From positions 1 through 56,022 of IMG/VR virus record IMGVR_UViG_2534681672_000003: DNA of 56,022 nucleotides. One strand, written 5' to 3'. The notes beneath the pieces are model-generated. The model saw nothing but the letters and a program-made list of their open reading frames with translations, ran no database searches and was not told the DNA's origin. Each line of letters opens with the position of its first letter. Positions within the stretch are counted from its first letter, which is position 1. A program made the position numbers and the translations under genes. Origin of the DNA: a virus (lineage: Duplodnaviria > Heunggongvirae > Uroviricota > Caudoviricetes). Shown here one piece after another: positions 29,567-43,155 of the stretch.

Positions 29567-29576
29567 TGCTTCGGCT
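29567..29576. repeat. right copy of 10-bp direct repeat TGCTTCGGCT
   Basis: Identical to 18134-18143. Confidence 0.75.
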
Positions 29577-29811
29577 TGACATATCCCGGCGTAAATTCAG
29601 AGGTGGAGCCGCCACGGGAACGGATAACCTCACCGGAAACAATCGGCGAAACGTACAGCGCCATGTTTACAAGTCCCGGAATTTGTGAGAGATAGACTTT
29701 CTCCGTAGTGAAGGGATAGCTCTCACGGAAAAAGAGACGCAGAAACAGCGGATCAAACTTAAATTTCTGCTCATTTGCCGCCAGCAGCTGGGCGGTTGTG
29801 TACATCGACAT
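29567..29811 (-). pseudogene. E: major capsid protein E, 5' fragment (MSMYTTAQLL...GYVKPKH)
   Basis: Lambda E N-terminus; frame leaves E sequence right after KPKH at the junction. Confidence 0.9.
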
Positions 29812-29866
29812 AAAAAAATCCCGTAAAAAAAGCCGCACAGGCGGCCTTTAGTGATGAAGGGTCAGG

Positions 29867-30199
29867 TTAAACGATGCTGATTGCCGTTCCGGCAAACGCG
29901 GTCCGTTTTTTCGTCTCGTCGCTGGCAGCCTCCGGCCAGAGCACATCCTCATAACGGAACGTGCCGGACTTGTAGAACGTCAGTGTGGTGCTGGTCTGGT
30001 CAGCAGCAACCGCCAGAATGCCAACGGCAGCACCGTCGGTGGTGCCATCCCAAGCAACCAGCTTACGGGTGGAGGTGTCCAGCATCAGCGGGGTCATTGC
30101 AGGCGCTTTCGCACTCAATCCGCCGGGCGCGGTTGCGGTATGAGCCGGGTCACTGTTGCCCAGCGGCTGGTAATGGGTAAAGGTTTCTTTGCTCGTCAT
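29867..30199 (-). CDS. D: head decoration protein D
   Basis: [12 protein letters not shown]... matches lambda D. Confidence 0.95.
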   Translation of the reverse strand: MTSKETFTHYQPLGNSDPAHTATAPGGLSAKAPAMTPLMLDTSTRKLVAWDGTTDGAAVGILAVAADQTSTTLTFYKSGTFRYEDVLWPEAASDETKKRTAFAGTAISIV

Positions 30200-30208
30200 A
30201 AACATCCC

Positions 30209-31581
30209 TTACACTGGTGTGTTCAGCAAATCGTTAACGGCATCAGATGCCGGGTTACCTGCCGCCAGCGGTGTCGGTGCCCCCTGCATCAGACGATCCA
30301 GCGCAGTGTCACTGCGCGCCTGTGCACTCTGTGGTGCTGCGGCCAGAATGCGGCGGGCCGTTTCCACGGTCATACCGGGGGTTTCTGCCAGCACGCGGGC
30401 CTGTTCTTCGCGTCCGTGAGCCTCCTCACAATTGAGGATCCCCATAATGCGGCTGTTTTCTGCCGCAACCGCTGCGGTGATCTGTGCGTTCACGTCCGGC
30501 TGCGCCGCGCTGGCGTTCTCGCCCTCTGTCGCTGACACCACGTCAGTAACGTCAGCCTGCAAAGCAGTGGCTGAAACAGTTGTTGATTGAGTCTCTTTGG
30601 TCATTCGCCCTCCTGAGAGACGGGATTTACGTGCATCCAGTGCCTCACGCATAACGGTGATCGCATCGGTGCTGTTGACAAGTTCATCAGCCAGTCCGGC
30701 ATCAATGGCCTCCTGACCGCTGTACACTGCAGCCTCGGTATCCAGCACAGCCTGCACGGACAGGCCGGTATATGCCGACACCTTCTGCGCAAACATCCGG
30801 CGGGTTGCATCCATCCGGGACTGCAGTGTCTCCCGGACGTCATCCGGAAGATGGCTGTAGGGGTTGCCATCCACCTTATGGCTGCCGCTGTAAATCAGCG
30901 TGATTTCCACGCCCTGTTTCTCCAGCGCAGCACCGTTTGCCATCCACCTTATGGCTGCCGCTGTAAATCAGCGTGATTTCCACGCCCTGTTTCTCCAGCG
31001 CAGCACCGTAATTACTGTGAGCCATCATGACGCCGATGGAGCCTGTCCGGGCGGTCTGCGTGACCAGACGCCGGGAGGCGGCACTGGCAAGCAACTGACC
31101 TGCACTGCAGTTCATGTCGTTGGCAAGCGTCCATACCGGTTTTATGTCACGCACACGGGCGATGATGTCAGCGCAGTCAAATGCCCCCGCCACCATCCCG
31201 CCGGGCGTGTCCATATCGAGCAGAATGCCGTCCACCATCGGATCGCTGGCAGCCTGTTGCAGACGGGCGATAATGCCGTTGTAACCGGTCATCCCCGAGT
31301 ACGGCTGCAGCGCCCGCGTCCGGCTGACCAGCGTGCCGGACACCGGCAGCACGGCGATGCCGTTCATGACCTGATAACTGCGGGCCTGTCGTGGTCCGTC
31401 ATCATCACCGGATAATGCCAGCGTCGCGAGTGCCTCCTGGGCAGTCAGGCTGTCGCCGGACACCGCATCCGTCAGGCGGCTGATCCCAAGCTGGCCTGCA
31501 AGCGCACAAAAGAAAACCCGCGCATAGGCGGGTTCAAGCATCAGCGGCTCATTAAAGGCCATACTGGCAATATGCGGGAGA

Positions 31582-31602
<21 letters not shown>
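30209..31602 (-). pseudogene. C: head protease/scaffold gene C (with nested Nu3), frameshifted by a 73-bp tandem duplication
   Basis: Lambda C sequence is split over two ORF-track frames (30876-31715 and 30209-30943) with AALEKQGVEITLIYSGSHKVDG encoded twice; GTG start after a GGAGGAG RBS. Confidence 0.85.
30864..31009. repeat. perfect 73-bp tandem duplication (2 copies) inside gene C
   Basis: 30864-30936 is repeated at 30937-31009; 73 is not a multiple of 3. Confidence 0.85.
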
Positions 31603-35282
<3,680 letters not shown>

Positions 35283-35308
<26 letters not shown>

Positions 35309-35828
35309 TCAGCAACCCCGGTATCAGTTCATCCAGCGCGGCTGCTTTGTTCATGGCTTTGATGATATCCCGTTTCAGGAAATCAACATGTCGGTTTTCC
35401 AGTTCCGGAAAACGCCGCTGCACCGACAGGGGGATCCCGTCGAGAATACTGGCAATTTCACCTGCGATCCGCGACAACACGAAAGTACAGAATGCGGTTT
35501 CCACCACTTCAGCGGAGTCTCTGGCATTCTTCAGTTCCTGTGCGTCGGCCTGCGCACGCGTAAGTCGATGGCGTTCGTACTCAATAGTCCCTGGCTGGAG
35601 ATCTGCCTCGCTGGACTGCCGCAGTTCTTCAACCTCCCGGCGCAGCTTTTCGTTCTCAATTTCAGCATCCCTTTCGGCATACCATTTTATAACGGCGGCA
35701 GAGTCATAAAGCACCTCATTACCCTTGCCACCGCCTCGCAGAACGGGCATTCCCTGTTCCTGCCAGTTCTGAATGGTACGGATACTCGCACCGAAAATGT
35801 CAGCCAGCTGCTTTTTGTTGACTTCCAT
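35283..35828 (-). CDS. nu1: terminase small subunit Nu1
   Basis: 181 aa, MEVNKKQLADIFGASIRTIQNWQEQGMPVLRGG... matches lambda Nu1. Confidence 0.96.
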
Positions 35829-35837
35829 TGTTCATTC

Positions 35838-36030
35838 CACGGCCAAAAACAGAGAAAGGAAACGACAAAGGCCCAAAAGTTCGTTTTCAGCACCTGTCGT
35901 TTCCTTTCTTTTCAGGGGGTATTTTAAATAAAAACATTAAGTTACGACGAAGAAGAACGGAAACGCCTTAAACCGGAAAATTTTCATAAATAGCGAAAAC
36001 CCGCGAGGTCGCCGCCCCGTAACCTGTCGG
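35838..36030. other. prophage cos site (cosB R sites plus cosN; 12-nt cohesive end at 36006-36017)
   Basis: Plus strand AGGTCGCCGCCC is the reverse complement of lambda GGGCGGCGACCT; flanks match the lambda genome ends as recalled. Confidence 0.9.
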
Positions 36031-36496
36031 ATCGCCGGAAAGGACCCGTTGGCCGTTCTGGTCTACTTCGTAATGGGATTTAATAGCTGAACGACAAAAG
36101 TCTTGCGACCACAGTCACACAGACCTGAATACACGTCCTGTTTCTTCCACCCCCGCACAGGACTGGCGAGCATGAGGGACACCCCCGCGAACCATAAACG
36201 CGGTAAAAACCCGGTGTGCATCGTTTTTGATTATTCCCGCACACTCACGCAGAAGGAATTCCCCGTCGGGCTACGGTCATGGTTAATGCGGGAATACGGC
36301 GACGATACAGCGCAGCTAAAAGGGTAATGGACAGATAGAGCGGTTTATTTCATTCCACAGGATTCTGAGTGCCCCCCCCCTCCTCCAATAGGCTGAGCAT
36401 CCACCTATATAGTTTTAATTTTCATCAATCCATTTAACTATCGTTTAATTGTTGTCACATAGGATTCTGCCGTTTTTAACAATGCAGGATAATAAG

Positions 36497-36790
36497 ATGA
36501 AAAAAATGTTGTTTTCTGCCGCTCTGGCAATGCTTATTACAGGATGTGCTCAACAGACGTTTACTGTTGGAAACAAACCGACAGCAGTAACACCAAAGGA
36601 AACCATCACCCATCATTTCTTCGTTTCGGGAATTGGACAGGAGAAAACTGTTGATGCAGCCAAAATTTGTGGCGGCGCAGAAAATGTTGTTAAAACAGAA
36701 ACCCAGCAAACATTCGTAAATGGATTTCTCGGTTTTATTACTTTAGGCATTTATACTCCGCTGGAAGCGCGTGTGTATTGCTCACAATAA
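36497..36790 (+). CDS. bor: Bor lipoprotein (serum-resistance moron)
   Basis: MKKMLFSAALAMLITGCAQQTFTV... matches lambda Bor; lipobox LITGC. Confidence 0.92.
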   Translation: MKKMLFSAALAMLITGCAQQTFTVGNKPTAVTPKETITHHFFVSGIGQEKTVDAAKICGGAENVVKTETQQTFVNGFLGFITLGIYTPLEARVYCSQ

Positions 36791-36821
36791 TTGCATGAGT
36801 TGCCCATCGATATGGGCAGCT

Positions 36822-37283
36822 CTATCTGCACTGCTCATTAATATACTTCTGGGTTCCTTCCAGTTGTTTTTGCATAGTGATCAGCCTCTCTCTGAGGGTG
36901 AAATAATCCCGTTCAGCGGTGTCTGCCAGTCGGGGGGAGGCTGCATTATCCACGCCGGAGGCGGTGGTGGCTTCACGCACTGACTGACAGACTGCTTTGA
37001 TGTGCAACCGACGACGACCAGCGGCAACATCATCACGCAGAGCATCATTTTCAGCTTTCGCATTAGCTAACTCCTTCGTGTATTTTTCATCCAGTGCAGC
37101 AACATCACGCTGGCGCATCTGCATGTCAGTAATTGCCGCGTTCGCCAGCTTCAGTTCTCTGGCATTTTTGTCGCGCTGGGCTTTGTAGGTAATGGCGTTA
37201 TCACGGTAATGATTAACAGCCCATGACAGGCAGACGATGATGCAGATAACCAGAGCGGAGATAATCGCGGTTACTCTGTTCAT
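36822..37283 (-). CDS. Rz: i-spanin Rz
   Basis: 153 aa from the ATG at 37283, lambda Rz-like. Confidence 0.92.
   Translation of the reverse strand: MNRVTAIISALVICIIVCLSWAVNHYRDNAITYKAQRDKNARELKLANAAITDMQMRQRDVAALDEKYTKELANAKAENDALRDDVAAGRRRLHIKAVCQSVREATTASGVDNAASPRLADTAERDYFTLRERLITMQKQLEGTQKYINEQCR
36881..37063 (-). CDS. Rz1: o-spanin Rz1 (embedded in Rz, +1 frame)
   Basis: 60 aa with lipobox VVGCTS and proline-rich tract, identical in character to lambda Rz1. Confidence 0.9.
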   Translation of the reverse strand: MRKLKMMLCVMMLPLVVVGCTSKQSVSQCVKPPPPPAWIMQPPPDWQTPLNGIISPSERG

Positions 37284-37777
37284 TGCTGACCCCACAAACA
37301 GATTTCACGCTCAATCTCACGACGAGTCATGAGACCTTTCCATTGCTTACCGCCAGCATATGTCCAGCGACGTAGCTGATCACATGCGCCTTTGATATCG
37401 CCCTGGTTTATTTTGCGAAGAAGCGTCGATGTTCTGAAATTGCCAGCGCCCACGTTGTAAACGAACGAGTAAAGAGCGCCGCGCGTTGTTTCCGGTATAT
37501 CAACTTTTATGTACGGGTTAATTTGTCTGGCGACCGTGGCAAGGTCTTTATTCAGGAGGGCTTTGCATTCTGCTTTGGTATACGTTTTACCGAGCATGAT
37601 GTCTTTTCCTGTATGCCCGTGACATACAGTCCATACACCAACAATATCTTTGTATGGTATGTAGCTGACACCCTCCAGACCATCGTTACCACTTGAGCCA
37701 GTGATTAACACTGATGCTATAGCAATTGCTCCGCCACCAATAGCAGCAGCAACGGCTTTTCGTAATGATGGAGGCAT
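37280..37777 (-). CDS. R: SAR endolysin (phage 21 R-type lysozyme)
   Basis: N-terminal signal-anchor-release segment [20 protein letters not shown] and lysozyme core, matching R21 as recalled, not lambda transglycosylase R. Confidence 0.88.
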   Translation of the reverse strand: MPPSLRKAVAAAIGGGAIAIASVLITGSSGNDGLEGVSYIPYKDIVGVWTVCHGHTGKDIMLGKTYTKAECKALLNKDLATVARQINPYIKVDIPETTRGALYSFVYNVGAGNFRTSTLLRKINQGDIKGACDQLRRWTYAGGKQWKGLMTRREIEREICLWGQQ

Positions 37778-37992
37778 TATTCACCTCTCGCAGCCTTGCG
37801 CTTATCTTCTTTAATCTTGAAATAAAGGTTTGTCAGGTACGTCAGCAAGCCAAATACCAAGCTACCCAGCACACCTATTGCTGCCCACTGTGAGGGCGTG
37901 ACTTTATCGAGCAGCTGTAAAAACCAGTAGCCAGCACTGCCTGCGGAGGTGCCGTAGGCAATGCCCGTTGTTAACTTATCCATGGATTTCAT
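37777..37992 (-). CDS. S: pinholin S (phage 21 S21-type, dual-start MKSM)
   Basis: 71 aa with two TM segments; MKSMDK dual-start motif as in S2171/S2168. Confidence 0.88.
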   Translation of the reverse strand: MKSMDKLTTGIAYGTSAGSAGYWFLQLLDKVTPSQWAAIGVLGSLVFGLLTYLTNLYFKIKEDKRKAARGE

Positions 37993-38180
37993 AGCCTCAC
38001 CTCCGCAAATAACGGATGGTGTACACGGTTCGGAACGAAGAGGAAAGGTATAGAAGTTACATTAGCGTAAGGCTTGAACATCTATTCAAAAAGAAAAACG
38101 CCAGCGATTATTCTGGCGTAGCTGAAAGCATCATACAATTATTAAATACGAAAATTACAAAATCATTAAAACGCATCACG

Positions 38181-38921
38181 TTACATCATGTCTTTTTCTA
38201 AAAAAAGTCTTGATGAATATTGATGGGGAGGAACACCAAAATATCTTCTGAAAACACTTACAAAATATGACGTGTTTTCATAACCGCATATCTCAGCAAC
38301 TTTTCCAACAGAATATAAATTGTAGCTTAATAACCTTTCCGCCATCACCATTCGCTCTTCAAGAATTAACTTACTAAATGATAAGCCTTCGTGCTTTAAT
38401 TTTCTTTTTAACAGACTTTCACTCAGATACAGTCTTGAAGATATATCACAAAGTCTCCATGCTGCAGATATATCCGTGTGAATAATAGCCTTAACTTTAC
38501 TTCCTAAACTATTAAGACATCCAAATAAAAAACTTTGCACTATTTTCTCTGAAGATAAGATAGCAAGACATGCAAGTGATATTTGATTTCTAACAAAATC
38601 CACAGTTCTGCCATCACAATTCAAGCATGCAATCAAGTTCTTTAACAATGAAAAATCTTCACATTCCACCATCAAGTATGCCGGATAAAACCTTCTTACA
38701 GAAAAAGGTGAGAGTGTGTTGCTTTTAAAGAAATCATTAACTGTTTTCTCTTCAACATCTACGATCATTACATGATCTATATTTGATGAAAAAAAATCTT
38801 TTAAATTGTAATCAATGAGAACAGCACTTCCTTTTTTAAACAAAATATCTTCTTTACCAATTCGGACATCAAACGAGTTCAACACCAAAATGATAGAACA
38901 TATGTATGGCATATTATCCAC
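38181..38921 (-). CDS. AraC-family transcriptional regulator (AT-rich moron between Q and S)
   Basis: C-terminal AraC HTH (VGKVAEICGYENTSYFVSVFRRYFGVPPHQY); low GC. Confidence 0.8.
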   Translation of the reverse strand: MDNMPYICSIILVLNSFDVRIGKEDILFKKGSAVLIDYNLKDFFSSNIDHVMIVDVEEKTVNDFFKSNTLSPFSVRRFYPAYLMVECEDFSLLKNLIACLNCDGRTVDFVRNQISLACLAILSSEKIVQSFLFGCLNSLGSKVKAIIHTDISAAWRLCDISSRLYLSESLLKRKLKHEGLSFSKLILEERMVMAERLLSYNLYSVGKVAEICGYENTSYFVSVFRRYFGVPPHQYSSRLFLEKDMM

Positions 38922-39263
38922 CTGATATCATTGGGGTTACACCAGGTAAGTATAGGTGGAAAATCAATATTCGCCAGTTCAACAATAAGGAAAATCTCAT
39001 TGCATCACAAGTATAAAATTATGTATTTAACTCACAAAGACAAATTATTAAACCAATCTGTTATATTATATATAGCTGCGTGGAATCATAATATTATATA
39101 TTTTGACTGGCATGTTTACCAACTTTAAGTTGCATCTCAATGGTTTCTTCAGCGTAAACAGAGTTTTTATACAAACTGACACTCTGGGTATCATAGTGTA
39201 GTTTTTACGATTGTAAATATCTTGCATGCAGGAACTCATCCTTTTGGATGATATCGCATACAA

Positions 39264-40223
39264 TTAATTTACCATCAGTCTTAGAGCCAGTTCGTCCGGA
39301 TAGGGAGCGAAGTAATTCTGTGTAAGCAAGTAATCATTAGGATACTCACCCAGATAATGCTTCAGCAGAGTCAACGGCGCAAGAAGAGGTAATGTGCCAG
39401 AACGATAGTTAAGTATAACCTCGCTCAACTCTTTACGCTGGCGTGTACTTAAGTAGTTACTAAAATACCCCTGTATATGCATCAGCACATTCGTGTGATT
39501 TTTACGTGATGCAGGTTTTCTGAGAATCGCCATCAGCTTATCACGATACACCTCAAAGTATGATTCAAGGTCCGCCCACTCGTGTATTGCAGCCACAAAT
39601 GGTCCCATATCTTTATAGCCTGCCTGACTATGCGCCAACAACTGAAGCTTATAACGACTATGAAAAGCTAATAACTCTCTTCTTGATAATTTCTCCTTGT
39701 AAAGGTGATTGAGCTCATGCAAAGCAAAAACTCTTTCAACAAAATTCTCACGAAGCACTGGATCATGTAATCGCCCATCCTCTTCAACCGGTAGCCAGGA
39801 AAACTTTTCCATCAAAGTGCTCGTAAATAGTCCCACTCCATCTTTACGACCTCGATTACCATTTTCATCATAGACACGCACGCGCTCCATGCCACAGCTG
39901 GGAGATTTAGCACAAACCACAAACCCCGATACATCCTTTAATTTGTCCATATAAGAACGACTAAACTCTGTCATTCTCTCTGTCACATCCTCATTCTGGT
40001 CGTGGCTGAAACACATCCGTATATTTCCTTGCGTCGAGCGCACAAGACGTAGAGCAGGACGCGGAACTGGCAGCCCTATAGCCATTTCCGGACATACTGG
40101 TCTGAATGTTACCCATTCCACTAATTTGTCCATTAAAAAGTCAGCTCTTTTGTGACCACCATCAAAACGAACAGCAGAGCCGGCCAAACAACCGCTGATT
40201 CCAATCACAGGTTTTTTTATCAT
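39264..40223 (-). CDS. DUF523/DUF1722-type protein (moron)
   Basis: N-terminal VIGISGCLAGSAVRFDGGHK resembles the DUF523 signature as recalled. Confidence 0.5.
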   Translation of the reverse strand: MIKKPVIGISGCLAGSAVRFDGGHKRADFLMDKLVEWVTFRPVCPEMAIGLPVPRPALRLVRSTQGNIRMCFSHDQNEDVTERMTEFSRSYMDKLKDVSGFVVCAKSPSCGMERVRVYDENGNRGRKDGVGLFTSTLMEKFSWLPVEEDGRLHDPVLRENFVERVFALHELNHLYKEKLSRRELLAFHSRYKLQLLAHSQAGYKDMGPFVAAIHEWADLESYFEVYRDKLMAILRKPASRKNHTNVLMHIQGYFSNYLSTRQRKELSEVILNYRSGTLPLLAPLTLLKHYLGEYPNDYLLTQNYFAPYPDELALRLMVN

Positions 40224-40415
40224 ATTCTCCCCCTTGACTAATTCATTAACACATAAACTGTGTAGTGCACGGAATAAATTGCCTTTCTGGCGTCATCACT
40301 GACAATTTTTCTGTTATAGACTATTCCTAATATAGTATGAAAGTTCTTTAAGTGATCGGTCGTAATCATCTATCTTTCATACTTACTCTCAACTATCAAA
40401 AGTACAGGATTTATT

Positions 40416-40940
40416 ATGAAGTTATGGCCTGTGTTGACTGGCATTGCACTCTCTTTCACTCTTATAGCATGTAAGGCCCCGACACCACCTAAAGGTGTGC
40501 AGCCGATTACAAATTTTGACGCCAACCGCTACCTCGGAAAATGGTATGAAATAGCTCGCCTCGAGAACCGGTTCGAACGTGGTCTGGAACAGGTCAGCGC
40601 TACCTATGGAAAACGGAACGACGGAGGGATTCGTGTACTTAACCGTGGATACGATCCAACGAAAAATAAATGGAGCGAGAGCGAAGGTAAAGCATACTTT
40701 ACTGGAGATACTAAAACTGCAGCGTTGAAGGTTTCGTTTTTTGGCCCCTTCTATGGTGGCTATAATGTAATCAAACTGGATGATGAGTATAAGTATGCTC
40801 TTGTCAGTGGTCCGAACAGAGAATACCTATGGATTCTGGCAAGGACCCCAACTATTCCAGATAAAGTAAAAGCAGACTATGTGCGAACCGCTCAAAAGTT
40901 GGGATTCAATGTCAATGAATTATTATGGGTTAAACAATAA
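40416..40940 (+). CDS. blc: outer-membrane lipocalin Blc-like lipoprotein
   Basis: Lipobox LIAC and lipocalin motif NFDANRYLGKWYEIARL. Confidence 0.85.
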   Translation: MKLWPVLTGIALSFTLIACKAPTPPKGVQPITNFDANRYLGKWYEIARLENRFERGLEQVSATYGKRNDGGIRVLNRGYDPTKNKWSESEGKAYFTGDTKTAALKVSFFGPFYGGYNVIKLDDEYKYALVSGPNREYLWILARTPTIPDKVKADYVRTAQKLGFNVNELLWVKQ

Positions 40941-41095
40941 AATCCCTACCCGAAATAATACTTATTAGAAAAAAACCAGCCTTTGGGGAGGCTGGCTAAA
41001 TCAGGAAACAAGCTGTTATATGATAATAACTACGTTGCGATTCCAACATTTAAAATGTTAGACTAATGAGAATCAGACAGCAACTTTTCCTTTAA

Positions 41096-41488
41096 TTATT
41101 TCGAACAATCAGCATCCATCTCCAATCGGAGATCCAACACCATCAGCATACCCTCCACTACGCCCTCAGCTTTCTGGAGCATCCTGCCAACCCAACAATC
41201 AGATCGCCCATGCTTACGTGCAAGCGCCATAAAAGTCATGCCGCCGACATAATAGTCCACCAATAAATCATGCAAATCGCTGTTGTTCTTTTTCAGACGG
41301 GCCATGCACCCGCAAATGATCATCGCGTCATCGTCACAACATTGCGGGCGAGATTTTACTTTTGAAGGAATTAATCCCTTAAAACCGGCGGCAATGGACG
41401 ACCAGGTCACATCTTCATGATTATTAGCCGCCCACGCTCCCCAACGCTCAAGAACCATCTGAATATCACGCATCAACTTACTCCACAA
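41096..41488 (-). CDS. late-gene antiterminator Q (DLP12 QuuD-like)
   Basis: [26 protein letters not shown]... matches QuuD as recalled. Confidence 0.85.
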   Translation of the reverse strand: MWSKLMRDIQMVLERWGAWAANNHEDVTWSSIAAGFKGLIPSKVKSRPQCCDDDAMIICGCMARLKKNNSDLHDLLVDYYVGGMTFMALARKHGRSDCWVGRMLQKAEGVVEGMLMVLDLRLEMDADCSK

Positions 41489-41558
41489 AACTCAGACCAG
41501 AACGCCAATTACAAGCAAAAATCAACAAAACAGTATTAGTTGATTGTTATCTCTGACT

Positions 41559-41699
41559 TCATACTCCTGCTCCTGTCAGTGTTTTGGCGTAATTCTTCAG
41601 TATTCGGTAATCGGTCAAAACAGAGCCGGGGAAACGATATAAGCGCAGACGCCCCCAGCGGTGGCGAAGAAGTTCTGCCATATTAAACTCAAACATCAT
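41559..41699 (-). CDS. ylcG: YlcG-like small protein
   Basis: 46-aa [28 protein letters not shown]... found by hand below the ORF-track cutoff; start overlaps the rusA stop. Confidence 0.7.
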   Translation of the reverse strand: MMFEFNMAELLRHRWGRLRLYRFPGSVLTDYRILKNYAKTLTGAGV

Positions 41700-42058
41700 T
41701 CATTCCCCATTTCGGTGATGGTCAGTTCCAGCCTCCCACCTTTGGTAACAGGCATCTTCACAACGCGGTAATCAACGACCTGAGCATCATCCAGCCAGAA
41801 ACCTGCTTTAGTGAGTGCGTCAAAAGCGGCTTTTTGCAGATTATCCAGGTCACGGCTACGGCAATCCGGCATGTGGCACTCAATGCGGATTTTCACAGGC
41901 ATAGCCAGGCCGATATCCAGCATTGCGTTTTTAATGATTCGGGCGACGTTATCGCGGTATGCCTGCCCCTCTGCACTGACGTGCGTGCGCCCGCGATTAT
42001 GGCGGTAATAGCGATTATTGCTCGGAGGCCAGGGTAATGTGATACTGTAGGTATTCAC
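41696..42058 (-). CDS. rusA: Holliday-junction resolvase RusA
   Basis: 120 aa, RusA-like. Confidence 0.9.
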   Translation of the reverse strand: MNTYSITLPWPPSNNRYYRHNRGRTHVSAEGQAYRDNVARIIKNAMLDIGLAMPVKIRIECHMPDCRSRDLDNLQKAAFDALTKAGFWLDDAQVVDYRVVKMPVTKGGRLELTITEMGNE

Positions 42059-42345
42059 GCCTTAATAACCCCCTCTTTCAGCCAGATAACCTGTGTTCTC
42101 GCCATACCTTCCAGCGCGCATTCTTTTGCATATGCAGCATCGACAAAATGTGTGCGGCGGTCGATTTCGTCGTGGCAGGCAGAACATGCAATGGTGGCAA
42201 TCAGGTCTGGCGGTTTGATACCGGTACCGCACAATCCAGCCAGCCGGATATGTGCCAGTACAGACGTTTCAGAATTGCCATTACATACGCCAGGGATTCT
42301 TACCTGGCATTCCCGACCACGCGCTGCTTTTCTCAAATCAGCCAT
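42055..42345 (-). CDS. ybcO: YbcO-like (DUF1364) putative nuclease
   Basis: [23 protein letters not shown]... cysteine-rich; trimmed to the internal ATG. Confidence 0.8.
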   Translation of the reverse strand: MADLRKAARGRECQVRIPGVCNGNSETSVLAHIRLAGLCGTGIKPPDLIATIACSACHDEIDRRTHFVDAAYAKECALEGMARTQVIWLKEGVIKA

Positions 42346-42508
42346 GACTCCTCCTTGCTGCCAGTCGCAACCATTTTTTATCAACCAAGCTGGCGGTATA
42401 TCCGAGCAGTGTTGGTATTTCGGATGGCTTCAGCTCAGGTTTACGCTTACGACGATTTGGTACTCTGTAGATGTGTCCGTTCATGACACGAATAAGCGGT
42501 GTAGCCAT
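42338..42508 (-). CDS. ninE: NinE-like protein
   Basis: 56-aa [30 protein letters not shown]... found by hand; ATGs overlap neighbouring stops on both sides. Confidence 0.65.
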   Translation of the reverse strand: MATPLIRVMNGHIYRVPNRRKRKPELKPSEIPTLLGYTASLVDKKWLRLAARRSHG

Positions 42509-42963
42509 TACGCCTCCTGCTTGTCGCGGAGCAGCTGGAACTCGCAGCTCTGCGGAATAGTCAGGTGGCAGCCAATATTCACCGCCCAGGCTTCAACCTT
42601 ACACAGGAAGACATACATCTCTCCGGTATCAAGATCGGAGGTATGGCGTAACGACTGGATAGTGGTGATATCACCGGTTACGACATCAACCAGGTCTTTG
42701 GTTTCATAACCGAGATATGTGTGTTTGAGAGCATCTTTTACCCAAGCTGGAGTGGCGAACGTTTTACCCTTGCTGATGAGGTATTCACTGATTTCGCTGT
42801 ACCACATGTGGCTGAGTGCATTCTGGGAAAGACTGCGTCTCTCGCGCCACGGTTTAAGCACCATGCGAAAGCATTTGCCGTCCTCCAGATAAGGCTGGAT
42901 CTGCCGACCGATAGCGGTGAAGTTACCGCGATGCAATTTGATACCATCTTGTGGGAGGTTCAC
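42508..42963 (-). CDS. ybcN: YbcN-like protein (NinB position)
   Basis: 151 aa matching DLP12 YbcN as recalled. Confidence 0.85.
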   Translation of the reverse strand: MNLPQDGIKLHRGNFTAIGRQIQPYLEDGKCFRMVLKPWRERRSLSQNALSHMWYSEISEYLISKGKTFATPAWVKDALKHTYLGYETKDLVDVVTGDITTIQSLRHTSDLDTGEMYVFLCKVEAWAVNIGCHLTIPQSCEFQLLRDKQEA

Positions 42964-43155
42964 GCTTCACCTCCGCAGAGATCAAACGCTGGATGCAAAA
43001 TATCGCAGGTGCATTTCTGCATCTGAGAATGGAGAAGAGAGGTTGGATTGTATGTGCGCATAAACGTCCCCGTTTAGCGCAGAAGTCACCGGAGGAGTTC
43101 AAACTCCGGTGACTTAATTATGGCAAGTTGATTGTTGAAAATCAATTTAGTGGAT

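Noticed and set aside
36103-36327. 74-aa ORF between cos and bor.
   Set aside because: TTG start, no RBS, and it lies in the region corresponding to the lambda right end; not supported as a gene.
38000-41000. Shiga toxin or other toxin cargo between Q and S.
   Set aside because: The three ORFs are an AraC regulator, a DUF523-like protein and a Blc lipocalin; none resembles Stx A or B subunits.
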